The notes below the pieces were generated by a model. The model did no database searches. It saw only the letters and a program-made list of their open reading frames with translations, and was not told the DNA's origin. From contig CM035353.1 of assembly GCA_020137815.1 (NCBI GenBank), positions 4,340,001-4,404,000 on the forward strand: DNA of 64,000 nt, written 5' to 3'. The stretch comes from Hormiphora californensis (Eukaryota; Animalia; Ctenophora). The stretch's first letter is position 1. Each line of letters starts with the position of its first letter. A program made the position numbers and the translations under genes. This document shows, piece by piece, positions 1-12,340 of the stretch.

Positions 1-170
1 GCTTCCAGTCTGTCCCTGTGGTGAGGATGTGTTGTTAGGGGATGGTTTGGGAGAAAACCAGATTTTCTCAGACGTGTGAAATGTTATTTGGGTAAAGTGA
101 CTGGTTCTCAGCCAATCGGTAAGTAATATTTCCTGGTTCGGTCGGTTACTAATTACGTAAGTCTAGTTAT

Positions 171-648
171 AGTACCTGCTTCTTGTCCTTATTCTTGTTC
201 CTCTTATCCTTTTCTTGTCTGAGTTGGTTCTGTGCTTCTTGTAGTGCTGCTTGGTGTTGCTGGAGTTGCTCCGCCTGTTGCTGCATCAATAGTTGCTGCT
301 GTGTGATGTATTCTTGCTGCTCCATCTGTTGTCGGGCCAGAGTTTGTATCTCCTGTTGTTGTGCTAACAGAGCCTGTAGGTGGAGTTGCTGTAGGAGGGG
401 TTAGTTGGGTGGGGTGTGGAGATGGGGGTGAAGGTTATGGGGGGGGGGGGGGGGTGATGGTGTGTATTGTTGAGTTGTACCTGGTTTGTGTTGGCGTTCT
501 GGTCTAGCATCTGTTGGTTAGCTTGGTCATTCTGGTCCATACGTTCATCCGCTGGTTCATTGTTACCGGGTACTATTCCATTACCGGGTACTACTCCGTG
601 TCCGGGTACAGCTCCATGTCCAGATACAGCTCCGTTTCCTGGTGTCAT
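171..648 (-). pseudogene. Gln/Pro-rich ORF, possibly a gag N-terminus, frameshifted near a poly-G run
   Basis: ORF 364-648 (PGxG repeats, poly-P) continues in another frame as a Q-rich coiled coil (QQEIQTLARQQMEQQEYITQQQ); lies just downstream of ORF 728-1393. No diagnostic motif. Confidence 0.3.
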
Positions 649-727
649 TCCGTTGACTCCGGCAACATTTCGGTTTCGGTTCTGTATGGGGGGAGGGGTT
701 GTTAGTAGGGATTGTTATACTTCATCT

Positions 728-1393
728 TCAGAATTTGATAGTTAGAGGGGGGAGTGGTAATTTGTTTACCAGTCTTATATAAGTTAGGGGGTTGTTAGGG
801 GGGGGTTGGTAGTGGGTTTGTACTTTTATATTATTCTGAATTCGGTAGTTTTGAAGGAAGGGATTATGGGAGGAGGGGAGGTGTATTTCACTTGCCTGTC
901 TTATATAGGGAGGTGGGGGCCTAGCTGTTCCCTCTCGTCTTCTTACATTGAGTATTCTGAAACCAGGAACTGGTACGATCAAATCTTGTGCTAAATCTCC
1001 CATTACATAGAGTAGATGATGGCCCTTTATACTGAGTTGGACTGGAGGTCTGGTCAGAATTGCAGGTTCTAACCACCCGAGAATCCTGGACATTGTCTCC
1101 CTCGATTGTAAATGATTAAATGTATCGACGACCCGTAGCGAGTGGGTATGGAGATCATCCTCTTCACATACGTATTGAGCAGGTACACCTGGAATGTTAT
1201 CTGCAGTCAACATCAGGGATCTGCCTCGGTAGTCCCGGTTCGTTAACAAGGGAATGTTTTGTTGCAGGAGGAAAGCCTCCAGATCCTTAAAATCCGCGTC
1301 TTCGAGCGTCAGCATCTCGGTACTATAAATCCTAAGTTGGCGGCCTCTCGGGGCACGCATTATCTTCTGTTGTGGGGTCAGTCTCCTTGCCAT
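728..1393 (-). CDS. Hypothetical 221-aa protein, probable retroelement accessory ORF
   Basis: Intact ATG-started ORF with globular composition; no recognisable motif. Confidence 0.5.
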   Translation of the reverse strand: MARRLTPQQKIMRAPRGRQLRIYSTEMLTLEDADFKDLEAFLLQQNIPLLTNRDYRGRSLMLTADNIPGVPAQYVCEEDDLHTHSLRVVDTFNHLQSRETMSRILGWLEPAILTRPPVQLSIKGHHLLYVMGDLAQDLIVPVPGFRILNVRRREGTARPPPPYIRQASEIHLPSSHNPFLQNYRIQNNIKVQTHYQPPPNNPLTYIRLVNKLPLPPLTIKF

Positions 1394-2321
1394 GGTTGCT
1401 ACATGAGAGAATATTGGTTATTTGCTGCTGTCGATAGGGGTGTGAGGGTGGTGGGTTGGGTGTAGAGGGGGTGAGAAGGGAGGGGCGGCGTAATTACAAG
1501 TGGTATTTGGATAATAAGAGACGAGGGAAAGGGGATACTGATATTACACTACTACAGTTGTGTTGGAATGGGGGCAGTAGAGAGCAATATTATTAACAAT
1601 GTCAGATTTTGAGGGAGGGAGGCTAAGGGTGATGCGTTGCAATTATACTATCAAGAGCTTAGGATATTGACAATTGAGACTTGAGATGATGGGGAGAGAG
1701 GTAAGACTGATGTCATCTAATTAGCGGCAGTCGAGAATTGAGATATTATTATACTACAGCATTTAGGAGTTGTGAGGCTACAATATTGCTAACAACATTA
1801 GTGAAATGCGATAGTTGTAGAGGAATACTGTTGCTGCAGTGACTATAGTGATATGGTATAGAGGAACAACTGTACTACTGTCAACAGGCAATGAAAGAGG
1901 AGGTCAGGGAAGAGCGGCGTAACTGCAGGCTACGTTTGAGAAATGAGGTGATGAGAGAGAGAGAGAGATTGCGCGCGCACTGTTCGTTGGTTAGTGGAGT
2001 TGTGTATCTGTTGTAGTCGGCGCAGCTGTCGGTACTCGCGCGTTACGTCTTTGGTTTGGGTCTGTAGAGTGCGGGGTAAAGGTCAGATGGAAAGAAGGAG
2101 AAGGGGGTTGTTGTAAGTGTGTAGATCGTGGTGTCGACGGCGAGCCGTTATCGTCGGTAATACCGAAGGTCGGATAGGTCCGAAGGTTGGAGGGTGAAGA
2201 AGATTGGTTGGCTCTCAATCAAGACTGAGAGCCTTAAGCCACTGCGCCGCGGCAAGGCTCTTCTTCGTGCAGTGGCATTGCTCCCCTGAGCTGTTATTAT
2301 CCTATAACGAGATTATCCTAT

Positions 2322-2470
2322 AACGAGATGTACCGCCAGCAGGCCGAGTTTTACTACCACCAACTCGGCCAGGTCTCTCAAGATCTCTATAATGTGTATC
2401 ACAGGGTTGCCGCCTATCTCTCCCCACCTTCCGCCACGCAATTCCATCCCCCCTTCCCACCGTACCAACC
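2322..2470 (+). pseudogene. 3' fragment of bZIP-like/coiled-coil accessory gene
   Basis: EMYRQQAEFYYHQLGQVSQDLYNVYHRVAAYLSPPS matches the C-terminus of ORF 46823-47284. Confidence 0.8.
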
Positions 2471-2668
2471 GTAAGTCCTCCCCACTCTATAAACATACGT
2501 ACAATCATTTACCTATCATTTACAGTTTGGAATCAATATGACATAAAATATACAGTTTGGAATCAATAAAATATTAAATAAAATTGTTACAAATACGAAT
2601 TAAAATTATTACTATCACACACAAAAAAAATCTAATAAAAGATTTGTCTCTTTTTATACTGTCTCTAC

Positions 2669-3259
2669 CTAGTTTTGTGGCGGGGGTGGTCTTCTTCTTC
2701 TTATGACACTTTCCAGGGAGGGGTAAGGTGATAGTCGTGGGTCCAATGGCCGTACCTTTTTAATAACCAGTCTGTTCCACCCTGCTCCAGCTATGTAGCC
2801 CGTCCTCCATATCTCCTCCTCTGTCTCGCTGCCAGTTTCCTCTGCCTCCTCCTCTCCTTCTTCCATTTCCGGGGCCTCTTCTTCTTCTCCTTCCGGGGCC
2901 TCTGCCTTGGCTGGTGTCGTCTCCCCCTCCTCTCCGTTTTCCGGGGCTTCCCTTTTGATAGAGTCCGCCTCTTCTCCTTCCGGGGCCTCTGCCTCCGCTG
3001 ATACCGTTTCCTCCTCCTCGTCGCTGTCTGGGGCTGCCTCCTCTCCTTCTCCCAAATCCGGTTCCTCTTCTCTGATTAAACGCGTCTCCCCCTCAGGTCT
3101 TGTCTCGTAGATGGCCACGTTTGGCCCGGACGAGATCCCATCGATAATCATTTGTCCACCGTCTGATGTCTGGTATCTAATGCATGGAATCCTTGTCACC
3201 CCGCTCAGCTGAATCTCCATAGCTGAATCTCCAGTGCGTAATGTTAGGTTCATCATCAC
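2669..3259 (-). CDS. Acidic (Glu-rich) accessory protein with conserved N- and C-terminal blocks
   Basis: Paralog of 47447-48070 (MNLT...EI...G.T.IP.IR; WRT.YIAGAGWNR.VIKKVRPLDPR.SPYPSLES.IRRRRPPPPQ); preceded by branch point/acceptor ctaatccgaccccttgcag. Confidence 0.8.
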   Translation of the reverse strand: MMMNLTLRTGDSAMEIQLSGVTRIPCIRYQTSDGGQMIIDGISSGPNVAIYETRPEGETRLIREEEPDLGEGEEAAPDSDEEEETVSAEAEAPEGEEADSIKREAPENGEEGETTPAKAEAPEGEEEEAPEMEEGEEEAEETGSETEEEIWRTGYIAGAGWNRLVIKKVRPLDPRLSPYPSLESVIRRRRPPPPQN

Positions 3260-3377
3260 CTTGGCTGCAAGGGGTCGGATTAGTTTTTTCTAAATTTAAT
3301 TGCTAACTGCTAACTGCTATTATGAATTCTAATTAACTCAGATATATTTATGTAATTGTAAACCAGGGGTTAGCAAG

Positions 3378-3395
3378 CTTGATATGAGGGCTCCA
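3378..3395 (-). promoter_or_regulatory. Putative primer-binding site TGGAGCCCTC
   Basis: TGG 2 nt after the inferred LTR end (AGTAGA-GA-TGG); same at 48187-48204; absent after the copy ending at 56428. Confidence 0.6.
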
Positions 3396-3834
3396 TCTCT
3401 ACTGAGTCACGCATAACCCCCCTCCATAGCTCCGCTATGGTGCTCAGTACATCTCTACTCAAGGATAGAATATCAAACACGGGGTTGTGGGTAATAAATA
3501 GATAAGCAACTACAATATGTTCTATACCCTTATATATATATTCTCACTCTAATAATGGCACTACTAAATGTAATAAGAGCACTGGTATCATATCTAGCTA
3601 GCTTCTATGTATAAGTATATAAGTAAATCAACACGGGCTTTTGGCAGGAAGAGGAGCGGAGAGCATGGCCAGGCAATAGCTCTGAGGTAGGCTGGTTGAG
3701 AAGGGTTTCCTCTGGGTTTCCTCTGGGTTGGGTCTCCGACAAAAGACAAATGGCAGCTAACAGCCCTGCCTTATATAGTCTCCGGAAAATGCAAAATAAG
3801 TGTGACGCTGGGCGTCACACTTAATCGGTCCCTA

Positions 3835-5179
3835 CACGGCGTGCCTGGTGAAATTTTAACACGACCTAGCATGCGACGGGAAACCACCACTTGTACGTGG
3901 TAGCTGAGGGTCTACAGAATGGCGCTACGGTGCGGGAAAAAACATTCCATTGCCTAAAATCTTTTTTTTTACTTTTATTTGATTTGGGTCAAAATCGGCT
4001 ATATTAAACGTGGTCCCGAAAAATCCATAATGACTTAGCACACGAAATATGTCACCCCCACCTATTTTTGCACGTAGAATCGATTGCCGTTGAAGTCGAA
4101 TCTCTAAAATGATTGTAAAATGGTCAAAAGTTGATTTTTTACCATTTTTTGGAGGTTTTTGGCCCCTAAACCATTGAAAACGATGAGATAGGAATTTGAA
4201 ACTAGTGCCAATCGTTAAAATGGTCATTTTTCTACCAAGAACCAAGTTTTCGTGTATATCCGATTTATGGTTAGATTTGGGCAAATTGTTGAAATCTGCC
4301 AACTAGGAGAACCGTAACTTGATTTTCTTGTTTTTTGGATTTTGGCATTTTTGACAAACTTCTGATTGAAATGGTCAATCGGGACTATGCTTAAGTTGTT
4401 TATGGGAAAATTTTCGACTAAAATCCAAGATTTCATACCAATCCAATAACAGATCGTTGATTTATAGAAAATTTAAGTAGGCAAAACGGTCAAAATGACA
4501 ACTTTTCTTGCTTATTTTGACCGTTTTGCCTACTTAAATTTTCTATAAATCAACGATCTGTTATTGGATTGGTATGAAATCTTGGATTTTAGTCGAAAAT
4601 TGTCCCATAAACAACTTAAGCATGGTCCCGATTGACCATTTCAATCAGAAGTTTGTCAAAAATGCCAAAATCCAAAAAACAAGAAAATCAAGTTACGGTT
4701 CTCCTAGTTGGCAGATTTCAACAATTTGCCCAAATCTAACCATAAATCGGATATACACGAAAACTTGGTTCTTGGTAGAAAAATGACCATTTTAACGATT
4801 GGCACTAGTTTCAAATTCCTATCTCATCGTTTTCAATGGTTTAGGGGCCAAAAACCTCCAAAAAATGGTAAAAATCAACTTTTGACCATTTTACAGTCAT
4901 TTTAGAGATTCGACTTCAACGGCAATCGATTCTACGTGCAAAAATAGGTGGGGGGGGGTGACATATTTCGTGTGCTAAGTCATTATGGATTTTTCGGGAC
5001 CACGTTAAATATAGCCAATTTTGACCCAAATCAAATAAAAGTAAAAAAAAAAGATTTTAGGCAATGGAATGTTTTTTCCCGCACCGTAGCGCCATTCTGT
5101 AGACCCTCAGCTACCACGTACAAGTGGTGGTTTCCCGTCGCATGCTAGGTCGTGTTAAAATTTCACCAGGCACGCCGTG
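3835..5179. mobile_element. Non-autonomous foldback DNA transposon, CAC...GTG termini, 4-bp TSD CCTA (Chapaev/CMC-like)
   Basis: Near-perfect inverted arms of about 660 bp with a spacer of about 20 bp; CCTA at 3831-3834 and 5180-5183; empty site visible at about 56840. Confidence 0.9.
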
Positions 5180-5250
5180 CCTAGCCGTCTATCTCTTCCC
5201 CTAGAGACAAGTGTGCGCAATAATCGGCTCTCCCTCTCTGTGATGATGGA

Positions 5251-5294
5251 CATTATAGCGGATCAGCGCCTCGAGGCGCTGATCCGCTATAATG
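5251..5294. repeat. Perfect 44-bp spacerless palindrome
   Basis: cattatagcggatcagcgcctc|gaggcgctgatccgctataatg; only one arm is present in the paralog at about 56913-56935. Confidence 0.9.
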
Positions 5295-5804
5295 GTTCTC
5301 TCCCTCTCTGCTAACCCACGTCATGAGGTAAACAAGCAGAGACAAGTGTGCGCACAGCAGAGACAGAGTGTCCATACAGCTCTCCCTCTCCGCTGTGGTT
5401 AGGGAAGGATCTATCTAGATCTCTCTTTCTCTCTCCAACGGTTAGAGAGTCTGACTTCAGCGCTGGTGAGAGTCTCGTCATGATATGCACCGCGGGATAC
5501 CGCGTACAGAGATAGAGAGGGGGGTCGGGGAAGGACGGGAGATGCATTGAGCGCGGCAATGAGAATGACAGGAAGTTAATTATCGCTTCCTTATTTCTAC
5601 TAGATGTTCCCATCCCTCTCCCTATTATATCTCCCTCTCCCTCCGCGTTCTCCCTCTCTGTTATGGCTAGCTCTCTCTATCTCCCTCTATGTCTCTCTTA
5701 TAGCTCTCTCCCTGATCTCTCCCCTTTCTCGGTGCAGTAAGCTGTTGCCCAAGTCTCTTGCTATAGGCTGCTCTGGTAAAGCACTCATATCCGGTTGTGT
5801 AGCT

Positions 5805-6060
<256 letters not shown>

Positions 6061-6106
6061 CGCGAGGTAATCGTTTAACGTCCCTGATGTTCCTAGTGCA
6101 GGTAGT

Positions 6107-7779
6107 TCAGTGTAGCTCTTTCTCTGCGAGGTAACTTGTTCGTTTGCAAACCGCCGCTAAAATCAATTCCGAATGGCTTCCATCGAATCTCGTTGACATC
6201 TTTTCCACCCGAGGGCGTCTCCCTCGTCCCTTTTCACCTTCCTGCAAATTGAGACAACTTTCAGAGCCAGTTATAAACTTATTCATGCCTATCATTATTT
6301 CCTAGAGTTACTATTAGTGCTATTAGTGCTATAATTTCTTAGGGGGTAGTTCTTGTAATTTTAACATCTCATTCTCATTTGTTTTGGCTATACCTGTTCA
6401 ATCCCGATAGCTCTCCACGTCGAACGTTCCCCGCTTCCTCTGCATCTGGGCCTTTGTCAGGCGGTTCCAGTTGTTCACCGCACTCTTAGCTTCTTCCCGG
6501 ACCGTTTTCCAGTACCGCTCTCGTAAGTTAGTGAGATAATAATTTACAATGTTTATTCTCACATTTCTTACTGCCTCGGACTGGGTCCGGTATAGGTCCT
6601 TTTCTTCAAAGGGGTCCTGGATGCAGGGGCCCCCATCCGTTATTTTCTCTCCTCTTGGAGCCCTTAAATTTATTCTTTTTCGGTCGAGAGATCTACCCAT
6701 AAAGGCTAGTACCATCAGCACCGTTGATACCTGGCTCCTATTCTGTTGCAACTCTCCCTCTCTGCTAACCCACGTCACGAGGTAAACAAGCAGAGACAGG
6801 TGTGCGCACAGCAGAGACAGAGAATGGCTTCCAATTTCCATCGAATCTCGTTGACATCTTTTCCACCCGAGGAGGGCGTCTCCCTCGTCCCTTTTCACCT
6901 TCCTGCAAATTGAGACAACTTTCAGAGCCAGTTATAAACTTATTCATGCCTATCATTATTTCCTAGATTTACTATTAGTGCTATTCAAGTTTTATTTAAA
7001 TTTCCATAAATTTACCTAACACATCCCCACATGGGGATCGTGTCACCATGGTATATTCCATATATATTGCCATATCCTGTCTGGCGCACAAAATTCATGT
7101 CCCCGAAACGGGGGAGGACTTCGGCTATTTTCCGGGTTAATTCATCCCGTAAGTCCTGCAAATTAAGACAATATTTACAGCTAATGATAACCCCATTCAT
7201 ACATATTATCATTTTATGAATTTATTAATCTAAGTTTTATTTTACTTTTTATACAATTACCTCACTGTCCCACACGGGGTCCGTGTCTTCATGTATATTT
7301 TCGAAAGTTCACTCATTGGAACATGTTCCAATCTGGACGGACGGATGGCTCTCCGCTGCACTCTGGCAGCCTGCTTTTCGTTTAAATTTCAATGTTCTTG
7401 TCATTTTCTAAATTAAATCATAATATTTTAGATGTTATGTAACGACTTCCGTGTTGCATATATTACAAGCCAAGGCCTTTATCACTGTGTGATACACAAT
7501 ACTACATACCCTTATATGCAGTACTATTCACACCATGGTGGTCTTGTCCACGGGAACATGGTCTACTACTACATGCCTTCATCCTCCTCCTTTCCACTCT
7601 CGCTGCCTGCCTTTTCTTGTATTTATTCGTCCTAGACATTTTACCCAGCCTCGAAACTTGGCAAAACCGAGGCTTTTTTTGCTAGGACATCTCCCTCGTC
7701 CCTCCTCACCTTCCTGCAAATTGAGACAACTTTCAGAGCCAGTCATAAACTTATTCATGTCTAATAGACAGTCTATCAT
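6107..7779 (-). other. Four paralogous small ORFs/exons (6107-6295, 6765-6956, 7012-7212, 7579-7779)
   Basis: Shared N-terminus MI.(.)MN..I...(E/K).CLNLQ(E/D); unknown function. Confidence 0.55.
6398..6755 (-). pseudogene. C-terminal fragment of TENT/TUTase-like nucleotidyltransferase (PAP-associated-like domain)
   Basis: GPCIQDPFEEKDLYRTQ resembles the CIEDPF nucleotide-recognition motif and matches 19640-19690 and 20890-21095; upstream (6755-6825) is LTR sequence. Confidence 0.7.
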
Positions 7780-7849
7780 TATATTCTAGAGTTATTATTT
7801 AAATCACTAAATAACCGGTGCGCTAAAGACTGCAGTCTTTAGCGGACCT

Positions 7850-8310
7850 ACAGTCGACTGTAGCGCCGCAGGACTCGTCCTAGCTCCCATCGGCACCACC
7901 TTATGTCTCCAAGAGCCCAAGGAATTCAACCATATGGTAGTTACATCCCTCGAATTTTCGTGCAAGGGTACCTGCCAGAAAGCGGAACTCAGATCCATTA
8001 CACTCCAAATGTTCCTGGTCTCCTGTACCGTAGGTAATGGAGTTCAATACCGTGGCTTCGTTTAGAAGTCTAAAATCTATACACATCCGATTCTTACCAT
8101 TTTTCTTCTTTACTATAACTAGAGGGGACCTATACGTGGCTTCGTTTAGAAGTCTAAAATCTATACACATCCGATTCTTACCGTTTTCTTCTTTACTACT
8201 AGAGGGGACCTATAATACGTGGCGGTACTTGGTTCTAATACCCCCATCTCTATCATATCTAGGATCATTGCCTTAGCTGTTTCAAAGCTGTGCATCGGAA
8301 TGTGCCGGTT
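7850..8310 (-). pseudogene. Gypsy reverse transcriptase fragment with internal duplication
   Basis: YRSPLVIVKKKNGKNRMCIDFRLLN (twice), MDLSSAFWQVPL, VVPMGARTSPAALQ; same family as pol 41336-42660. Confidence 0.92.
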
Positions 8311-8555
8311 CCCAAAGTCCACATGAGACTAGAGAACTAGAAGTAGATAGATTGGGTTAGAGGGGGTCCGATCCTGGTTCGTCATTTCCGTCATCTTTAG
8401 CGGCTGAAATGAAATAACAAATTAAGTTTCTGATGGTAAGTTTGTAATGTACACCTTGCAATGCTTCACATTTACAATCACAACGTAATAATTCGCAACA
8501 ATAAAATTATACTGTGTAGTGTGTAGGCTACAGACACGAACTTCGAGCTTGTCAC

Positions 8556-8741
8556 TTACATTACTATCGGATTTGCTTTCGTTCCGGTGTGGTAGATACG
8601 TACTACCGTTGGCCTCCTGCCCGGGCCGACCTGGGGGAGGACGGTTACTTCTACGACCTCCCCCCGGTCGCCGAATTCCACCCTCATTTTGCTTTCTGTG
8701 TGGATAGAAACTTGTTCCATGGCCTGTATACGGAAATCCAT
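8556..8741 (-). CDS. Small hypothetical protein (61 aa)
   Basis: ATG-started, beta-strand-like composition; no homolog seen in the window. Confidence 0.3.
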   Translation of the reverse strand: MDFRIQAMEQVSIHTESKMRVEFGDRGEVVEVTVLPQVGPGRRPTVVRIYHTGTKANPIVM

Positions 8742-8949
8742 TAAGTATATGTTACTACCCCATATCCCCTACCCCATATCCCCTACCCCACTCCAATAGA
8801 GGGTCGCACTCTGCATACTCTCTCTTGTAATTCATAGTGTTCTCTCTATGTAAATTAGGGTCTAAAAGCACAACAAACCGGGGTTCAATTTCTCAAGTTG
8901 TCCGATATAAAATATGACCAATATATTAATAAAATATAAAATAATAAAT

Positions 8950-9170
8950 GGACACTGACAGTCCGGGAGGCCGGTAGTCCAGTGGTGCCGATGGGGGCAT
9001 TCCCGCAGCCCTAGGATGGAGTGATAGCATACGTTATACACGATATCACGACCCAGTAACGCTTCAAGCACACACAACGTCAGGGTCCATGCAGGCCATA
9101 ATGAAAGCGGCGATGTATCGGTATTTGGTGTGATCCATCTCAAATGTATGTGGTGGTTGGGTGTTTGCCT
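8950..9170 (-). pseudogene. Cys/His repeat-domain family fragment
   Basis: LCVLEALLGRDIVYNVCYHSILGLRECPHRHHWTTGLP matches 29030-29708. Confidence 0.75.
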
Positions 9171-11351
9171 GGACGGACGGATACGTGTTTCAAGTCTCGC
9201 CAGACGTGATACGTGTTTCAAGTCTCGCCAGACGTGATACGTGTTTATGTTTTCTATGGGATCACAGCTGGGTTGGAACAATGTTGCTCCTGATGGTCTG
9301 CACAACCTCATGGTGCTCGCTTTATGTCAATTTTTAATAACAGGAACCACTTACGGAGACTGTCCGATATAAAATATGACCAATATATTAATTAAAGATG
9401 ACCAATATACTAATAAAAAGATGTCAGATAAAGTAATAAAAGATGTTAGTAAAGAAGTAAAAAAATGTCCAATAAAGTATAAATTATAAAGACAAGCTGT
9501 TGATAGATCTATATTGATTCAATTTATTAAACACAGGGAGGAAACACTGTCACCGGAATGTTGGGCCTGCAGCCACGTAGGTACAGTATTCACAGTAAAT
9601 TCACAGTGTCCTTCGTCTACTGGCAGCCGGGACAGCCGGGGCATTCCGGCAACCCAGTCATCCAATGGTGACGTGGATACCGGCACTGCCGCATCCGACA
9701 AACTAGCAACTCGGGCTCAACTGAGAATGTTAACGCCCCCGGACCCAGCACCCTGAAACCGAGGGTGCTCATTTAATGGGCACGACAGCACTTCGATAAG
9801 CCGGTGATGACATATCAATGGCGCCAGCTCATCGAAGAGAAACTGTAAATCACAACGACTTACAGTAACGGGGTTAATAGGCATCCCACACTGCCCCACT
9901 ACCGAATCAAAACGAAGATTCCATGCAACCATTCGCTCATGGGGGCAGTCCAACTCCCAAACCGTCCGAAGCTCACCGACAAAATTTACAAGGGACATGG
10001 TGTTCTAAAAAAGTAAAAACGTGTTAGAAACAAATTAGAGGACATATTGACTAAAAACGCTTAAAAAATAGCATATTAAAAATATACAGGGGACTACAAC
10101 GGTGTAATGTGCCGATATCTCCCGGGGTGTCCTCACATACAGCGCATTGAAGGTGTGCCAAGGGGAGAAGCCCATGACACTCCTCCATGGCGACCGGCCT
10201 GTTGATCGCCCAACTAAAAAGGGTGCAGGCGCAATAAACCACCGGCACCCCGTTTTTAGAAGGGATCACGGACCACAAGGGGGTAGGGTGACCAGCCCCC
10301 TGACACTCTAACAAATCCCGAAGGCGGTGGGAACAAATCAGGCCAGCATGCCCAACCAGTAGGGCAGCTCGACCATACAAAATGTAATGGCTGTAGCGTC
10401 GACAGGCCAGCCCAAACGTTCAACCACCAAGGTCAAAGTAGAGTCCCAGAGGACCTGCCGAATCATCTCTTGCCTGGCGTCCATTAGAGAATTGCTAAAA
10501 AATAAATAGCCTGGATGTTGTGGTCCATGTAATCGTTCATAGCACTCTAATAACTTCCTGGGCACTTCTTGGTTGGTCTAAGCTTAGCCTCCTCTGCTGG
10601 CATTTCGCAATGGTTCTTTGCCTTCTGAGTTTGGTAACAGCAGTGCGTATGTCGTTTGGCAGTGCGAGATTGAGGCTTTCTTTCACTTCGGTCTTGGATT
10701 TGTCCAATGTGGCGGTATTGATCTCTCCATTCTTGACTTGATGGTGTAGTATTAGAGCCAAGTGTGATCACCTGGGATCGAGGGGTCGGATTCGTCGGAT
10801 TAACATCCGGTTCCATCCGGCCCCCGAAATAAACGCCGTTGCCCAGGTCTCCTCCTCCAACTCCTCCTCTTTCTCCTCCTCTAACCCCTCCTTAATCTCT
10901 CGGTAAATGTCCGGGAGTTGTCCGTGTGTAGCGTTGTGCTGGAGTGCACTAGGCTTGACTGCACCAGGCTGGAGTACGCTGGGTTGGAGTACACCGGGTT
11001 GGAAGAATGTGTATTCCCGGCCATAGATTTATGGAATCACAGCTGGGTTGGAACAATGTTGCTCCTGATGGTCTGCGCAACCTCATGGTGCTCGCTTTAT
11101 GTCACTTTTTAATAACAGGAACCACTTACGGAGACTGTCCGATATAAAATATGACCAATATATTAATTAAATATGACCAATATACATACTAATAAAAAGA
11201 TGCCAGATAAAGTAATAAAAGATGTTAGTAAAGAAGTAAAAAGATGTCCAATAAAGTATAAATTATAAAGACAAGCTGTTGATAGATATATATTGATTCA
11301 ATTTATTAAACACAGGGAGGGAACACTGTCACCGGAATGTTGGGCCTGCTT

Positions 11352-11560
11352 CATCCCCAAGCAGGGCATAGATGATACATATGTATATACACCAAGTACA
11401 TTGTTCTGGCCGAGAGAGAAAGATGACCCACCTTCATGTTTAGTAGATGTGAATGAGTCCGAGATACCTATCACACTTGAGAACACTGATGAGCAGGCTG
11501 AGTATTTCTTCCTCGATGATATCCTCATAGGCACAGATTCGACAGATCAGCACAAACCGC
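11352..11560 (+). pseudogene. Gypsy pol fragments inserted in the tandem unit
   Basis: STLFWPREKDDPPSCLVD matches 49562-49786 and is joined to RT motif LDDILIGT (cf. about 50413). Confidence 0.8.
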
Positions 11561-11589
11561 CGCTCTCCACCAACCACAGAGACAGTGCT

Positions 11590-12340
11590 CCCCCTGAAAC
11601 CGAGGGTGCTCATTTAATGGGCACGACAGCACTTCGATAAGCCGGTGATGACATATCAATGGCGCCAGCTCATCGAAGAGAAACTGTAAATCACAACGAC
11701 TTACAGTAAAGGGGTTAATAAGCACCCCACACTGCCCCACTACCGAATCAAAACGAAGATTCCATGCGACCATTCGCTCATGGGGGCAGTCCAACTCCCA
11801 AACCGTCCGAAGCTCACCAACAAAATTTACAAGGGACATGGTGTTCTAAAAAAGTAAAAACGTGTTAGAAACAAATTAGAGAACATATTGACTAAAAACG
11901 CTTAAAAAATAGCATATAGTAAAAATATACAGGGGACTACAACGGTGTAATGTGCCGATATCTCCCGGGGTGTCCTCACATACAGCGCATTGAAGGTGTG
12001 CCAAGGGGAGAAGCCCATGACACTCCTCCATGGTGACCGGCTTGTTGATCGCCCAACTAAAAAGGGAGCAGGCGCAATAAACCACTGGCACCCCGTTTTT
12101 AGAAGGGATCACGGACCACAAGGGGGTAGGGTGACCAGCCCCCTGACACTCTAATAAATCCCGAAGGCGGTGGGAACAAATCAGGCCAGCATGCCCAACC
12201 AGTAGGGCCTCGACCATACAAAATGTAATGGCTGTAGCGTCGACAGGCCAGCCCAAACGTTCAACCACCAAGGTCAAAGTAGAGTCCCAGAGGACCTGCC
12301 GAATCATCTCTTGCCTGGCGTCCATTAGAGAATTGCTAAA
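11590..12340 (-). CDS. Cys/His two-domain protein, spliced (best-preserved tandem copy)
   Basis: LGWPVD..ITFCMVEALL..ICSHRLRDLLECQGAGHP then CGVLINP..SRCDLQFLF..ICHHRLIEVLSCPLNEHP; exons separated by an AT-rich intron of about 80 bp. Confidence 0.6.

Larger units (their letters stand above)
3398..5520 (-). mobile_element. 5' LTR of the accessory-gene Gypsy family, interrupted by a foldback transposon
   Basis: 3398-3834 plus 5184-5510 is colinear with 56428-57139 and 48207-48610; TATATAA on the minus strand near 3771-3778; followed by the PBS. Confidence 0.65.

Noticed and set aside
2205-2255. tRNA-like 5' half on the minus strand (ggcgcagtggcttaagg plus stem-loop)
   Set aside because: No T-arm/B-box or acceptor-stem partner found.
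3925-5148. ORFs within the foldback (also 33876-35025, 31924-32166, 57499-57681)
   Set aside because: Mirror-image chance frames in non-coding inverted arms; no transposase motifs.
6755-6898. N-terminus of ORF 6398-6898 as genuine
   Set aside because: Chimeric: built from an LTR piece and another small-ORF copy.
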